Shown here one piece after another: positions 61,994 to 64,000 of a DNA stretch of 64,000 nucleotides. The notes under the pieces were generated by a model, which worked only from the letters and a program-made list of their open reading frames with translations, had not been told where the DNA came from and made no database searches. Numbering within the stretch: the first letter of the stretch is position 1; each line of letters begins with the position of its first letter. Location: positions 5,504,001 through 5,568,000 of the forward strand of contig OZ242374.1 in assembly GCA_965209055.1 (NCBI GenBank). Direction: 5' to 3'. The stretch is from Acidobacteriota bacterium (GTDB lineage: Bacteria > Acidobacteriota > UBA6911 > RPQK01 > JAJDTT01). The translations under genes were made by a program, and so were the position numbers.

Positions 61994-63331
61994 ATGGTCG
62001 AACCTGCATTCTATCCACGTCATGCCGAGCGATTGCTGACCGAAGCGCTGGAGGATTCGCCCGTCGTCCTGATCCAAGGCCCGCGCCAGTGCGGCAAGAC
62101 GACGCTCGCCCAGAGGGTGTGTGCTCCGAAACATCTGGCTTTGCACGGTCGTCCAAAGAGTATCCTGGTCCCCGGACGGCGGGACTACACTTATGTCAAC
62201 TTCGACGACGACGATGCCCGCGCCGGCGCTCAGGCTGACCCCATCGGCTTTGTCGCTGATCTTCCCGAACGCGTCATCCTGGACGAGATACAACGGGTCC
62301 CCGCACTCTTTACCGCTTTGAAGATGGAGGTCGATCGCAGACGGATTCCGGGCCGTTTCGTTTTGACAGGCTCGACCAATGTACTCCAGGTTCCGACGAT
62401 CCAGGACTCTTTGGCGGGCCGGTTGGAAGTGGTCCGTTTGCATCCGCTGGCTCAATCTGAAATCGAAGGACGATCTGCTGCCGGTTTTACCGTGGACAGG
62501 TCTCCCGGGTTCCTTGACACCCTGTTCGGAGGACGGTTCACGATCCGGCCGATCGAACGGCTGGGCCGGAAATTGGCCGAACGCATCGTTTCCGGGGGAT
62601 ATCCTGCCGCGCTGGCTCGGCCGACCGGACGTCGGCGGACAAACTGGTACAGCAACTTCCTCGATGCGCAAACGCAGCGAGATGTCCCTGACCTGGCCCG
62701 TATCAGCACGCTGGAAGCGCTTCCGAGGCTGCTTACTTTGGCAGCCGTGCAAACGGCACAACTGTTCAACGTGAGCAACCTGGCCGCTCCGTTCCAGCTC
62801 AGCCGGCCGACCATACGAAACTACGTTGCACTGCTTGAAAGAGTATTCCTGTTGGAGAGGCTTTCGGCGTGGTACAGCAATCGTCTGAGCCGACTGATCA
62901 AGACACCGAAGCTCCATATCGGAGACACGGGTCTTGCCTGTGCGCTTCTTGGCGCGGACCCGGTCTCGCTCTCGGCCGACCGGACACTGCTGGGTCAACT
63001 GCTTGAGACTTTCGTCTTCCAGGAATTGAGGCGGCAAGCCAGTTGGCATCCGGTTCCCCTGCAGTTCTTCCACTACCGGGACAGAGACCAGGTCGAGGTG
63101 GACATCGTCATCGAGCGCGGGGCAATGGCAGTTGCGGCCGTGGAGATCAAGGCCGGAGCAACCGTCACCCAAGCAGACTTCCGAGGTCTCCGCAAGCTGA
63201 AAGCGGTACTGGGCAACCGTTTCGCCGGAGGTGTGGTCGTGTACGACGGAGAGATGTGCACCCGGTTTGGTGACCGTCTCTACGCCGTGCCGATCCGACT
63301 ACTCTGGGAAACACCGGTAGAGAGCGGCTGA
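61994..63331 (+). CDS. AAA+ ATPase with DUF4143 C-terminal domain
   Basis: GPRQCGKT, ILDEIQ, LTGS, SLAGR, GGYP, KTPK...DTGL, EVD...VEIK nuclease-like motif. Confidence 0.9.
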   Translation: MVEPAFYPRHAERLLTEALEDSPVVLIQGPRQCGKTTLAQRVCAPKHLALHGRPKSILVPGRRDYTYVNFDDDDARAGAQADPIGFVADLPERVILDEIQRVPALFTALKMEVDRRRIPGRFVLTGSTNVLQVPTIQDSLAGRLEVVRLHPLAQSEIEGRSAAGFTVDRSPGFLDTLFGGRFTIRPIERLGRKLAERIVSGGYPAALARPTGRRRTNWYSNFLDAQTQRDVPDLARISTLEALPRLLTLAAVQTAQLFNVSNLAAPFQLSRPTIRNYVALLERVFLLERLSAWYSNRLSRLIKTPKLHIGDTGLACALLGADPVSLSADRTLLGQLLETFVFQELRRQASWHPVPLQFFHYRDRDQVEVDIVIERGAMAVAAVEIKAGATVTQADFRGLRKLKAVLGNRFAGGVVVYDGEMCTRFGDRLYAVPIRLLWETPVESG

Positions 63332-63416
63332 CTCTTCATCGAATACCGATTCTTGGCGTGATTTCCGCCTGGTGGGTCGTAGTAGACTGGGCGCTCAAAA
63401 GGCAAGAGGAAAAAGC

Positions 63417-64000
63417 ATGCGAATTGTTGGGAAATTGCTGATCCTGCTCGGTCTGCTGGCGACTTCCGCCTGCTCGCCGACACCGGAGGTCCGGGAACCG
63501 CTCGACGTGGGAAACCGCCGCCAGCTGCTGCTGGACGAGTCGTGGTTCGACCACAGCGAGGGCGTTGAGCTGACCCTGCACCGGCCGGTTCCCCGCGAAT
63601 CCGTGATTCGGTGCGAACGTCCCTGGGAGGGGAAGAGCCTCCACTACACGTCCGTTCTGGAGGACGGCGACCGGTTTCGCATTTGGTACCGGGTCTCCAT
63701 CGGAGATCCTCGCGTCGACACTCCCGGGGACACGGTGCTGACCTGCTATGCCGAGAGCCGGGACGGGATCGTCTGGGAGAAACCGAATCTGGGGCGATTT
63801 GAATTCGAGGGCTCCACGGACAACAACATCCTGGGGGCGCCCGAGGACTTCACCAACATCAGCGTCCTGCTGGACCCGAATCAGGATCCGGGGAGCAGCA
63901 CCCGCTACAAGATGATCTCCCGGGTCAACGGCATCTCCGGGTTCGTCTCTCCCGACGGCATCCGATGGACGCCGGTGGCAACGAATCCCCTGTTGTCCAA
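63417..64000 (+). CDS. 5' part of a lipoprotein, putative beta-propeller glycoside hydrolase-like
   Basis: MRIVGKLLILLGLLATSAC lipobox; RQLLLD, PWEG, CYAESRDG..WEKPNLG, SPDG..W; runs off the window end. Confidence 0.65.
   Translation, partial: MRIVGKLLILLGLLATSACSPTPEVREPLDVGNRRQLLLDESWFDHSEGVELTLHRPVPRESVIRCERPWEGKSLHYTSVLEDGDRFRIWYRVSIGDPRVDTPGDTVLTCYAESRDGIVWEKPNLGRFEFEGSTDNNILGAPEDFTNISVLLDPNQDPGSSTRYKMISRVNGISGFVSPDGIRWTPVATNPLLS

Overview
High-GC bacterial chromosomal window. Gene content and order (leuS-lptE-holA-rpsT-phoH, DUF465-psd-pssA, mgtE-recO-glyQ-glyS-ino1-ppdK) resemble Acidobacteriota; this is an inference. Positions 1-39.6 kb hold mostly housekeeping and carbohydrate/organic-acid genes. 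An intact IS5-family element lies at 39684-40873 (18-bp IRs, CTAA target duplication). The main discovery candidate is a ~10.8-kb insert (45564-56320) at the ATGA stop/start junction between the MFP and RND permease genes of a tetR-OMF-MFP-RND operon, flanked by a direct repeat (8 bp exact, 13/15 extended). The insert looks like a sterol-remodelling cassette. It encodes a KshA/Neverland-type Rieske oxygenase, an ERG6/SMT-type sterol C24-methyltransferase, a GOLPH3/GPP34-domain-cytochrome P450 fusion lacking the I-helix acid-Thr pair, and its own MFP+RND pair, plus remnants of a second P450 and a second RND. Other oddities: a thiolase closely resembling trypanosomatid SCP2-thiolases, a 4x23-bp repeat abutting the start of an AAA+/DUF4143 gene, and an internally deleted cytochrome c peroxidase. 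No rRNA, tRNA or CRISPR array was recognised. All family assignments come from recalled motifs, not database searches.
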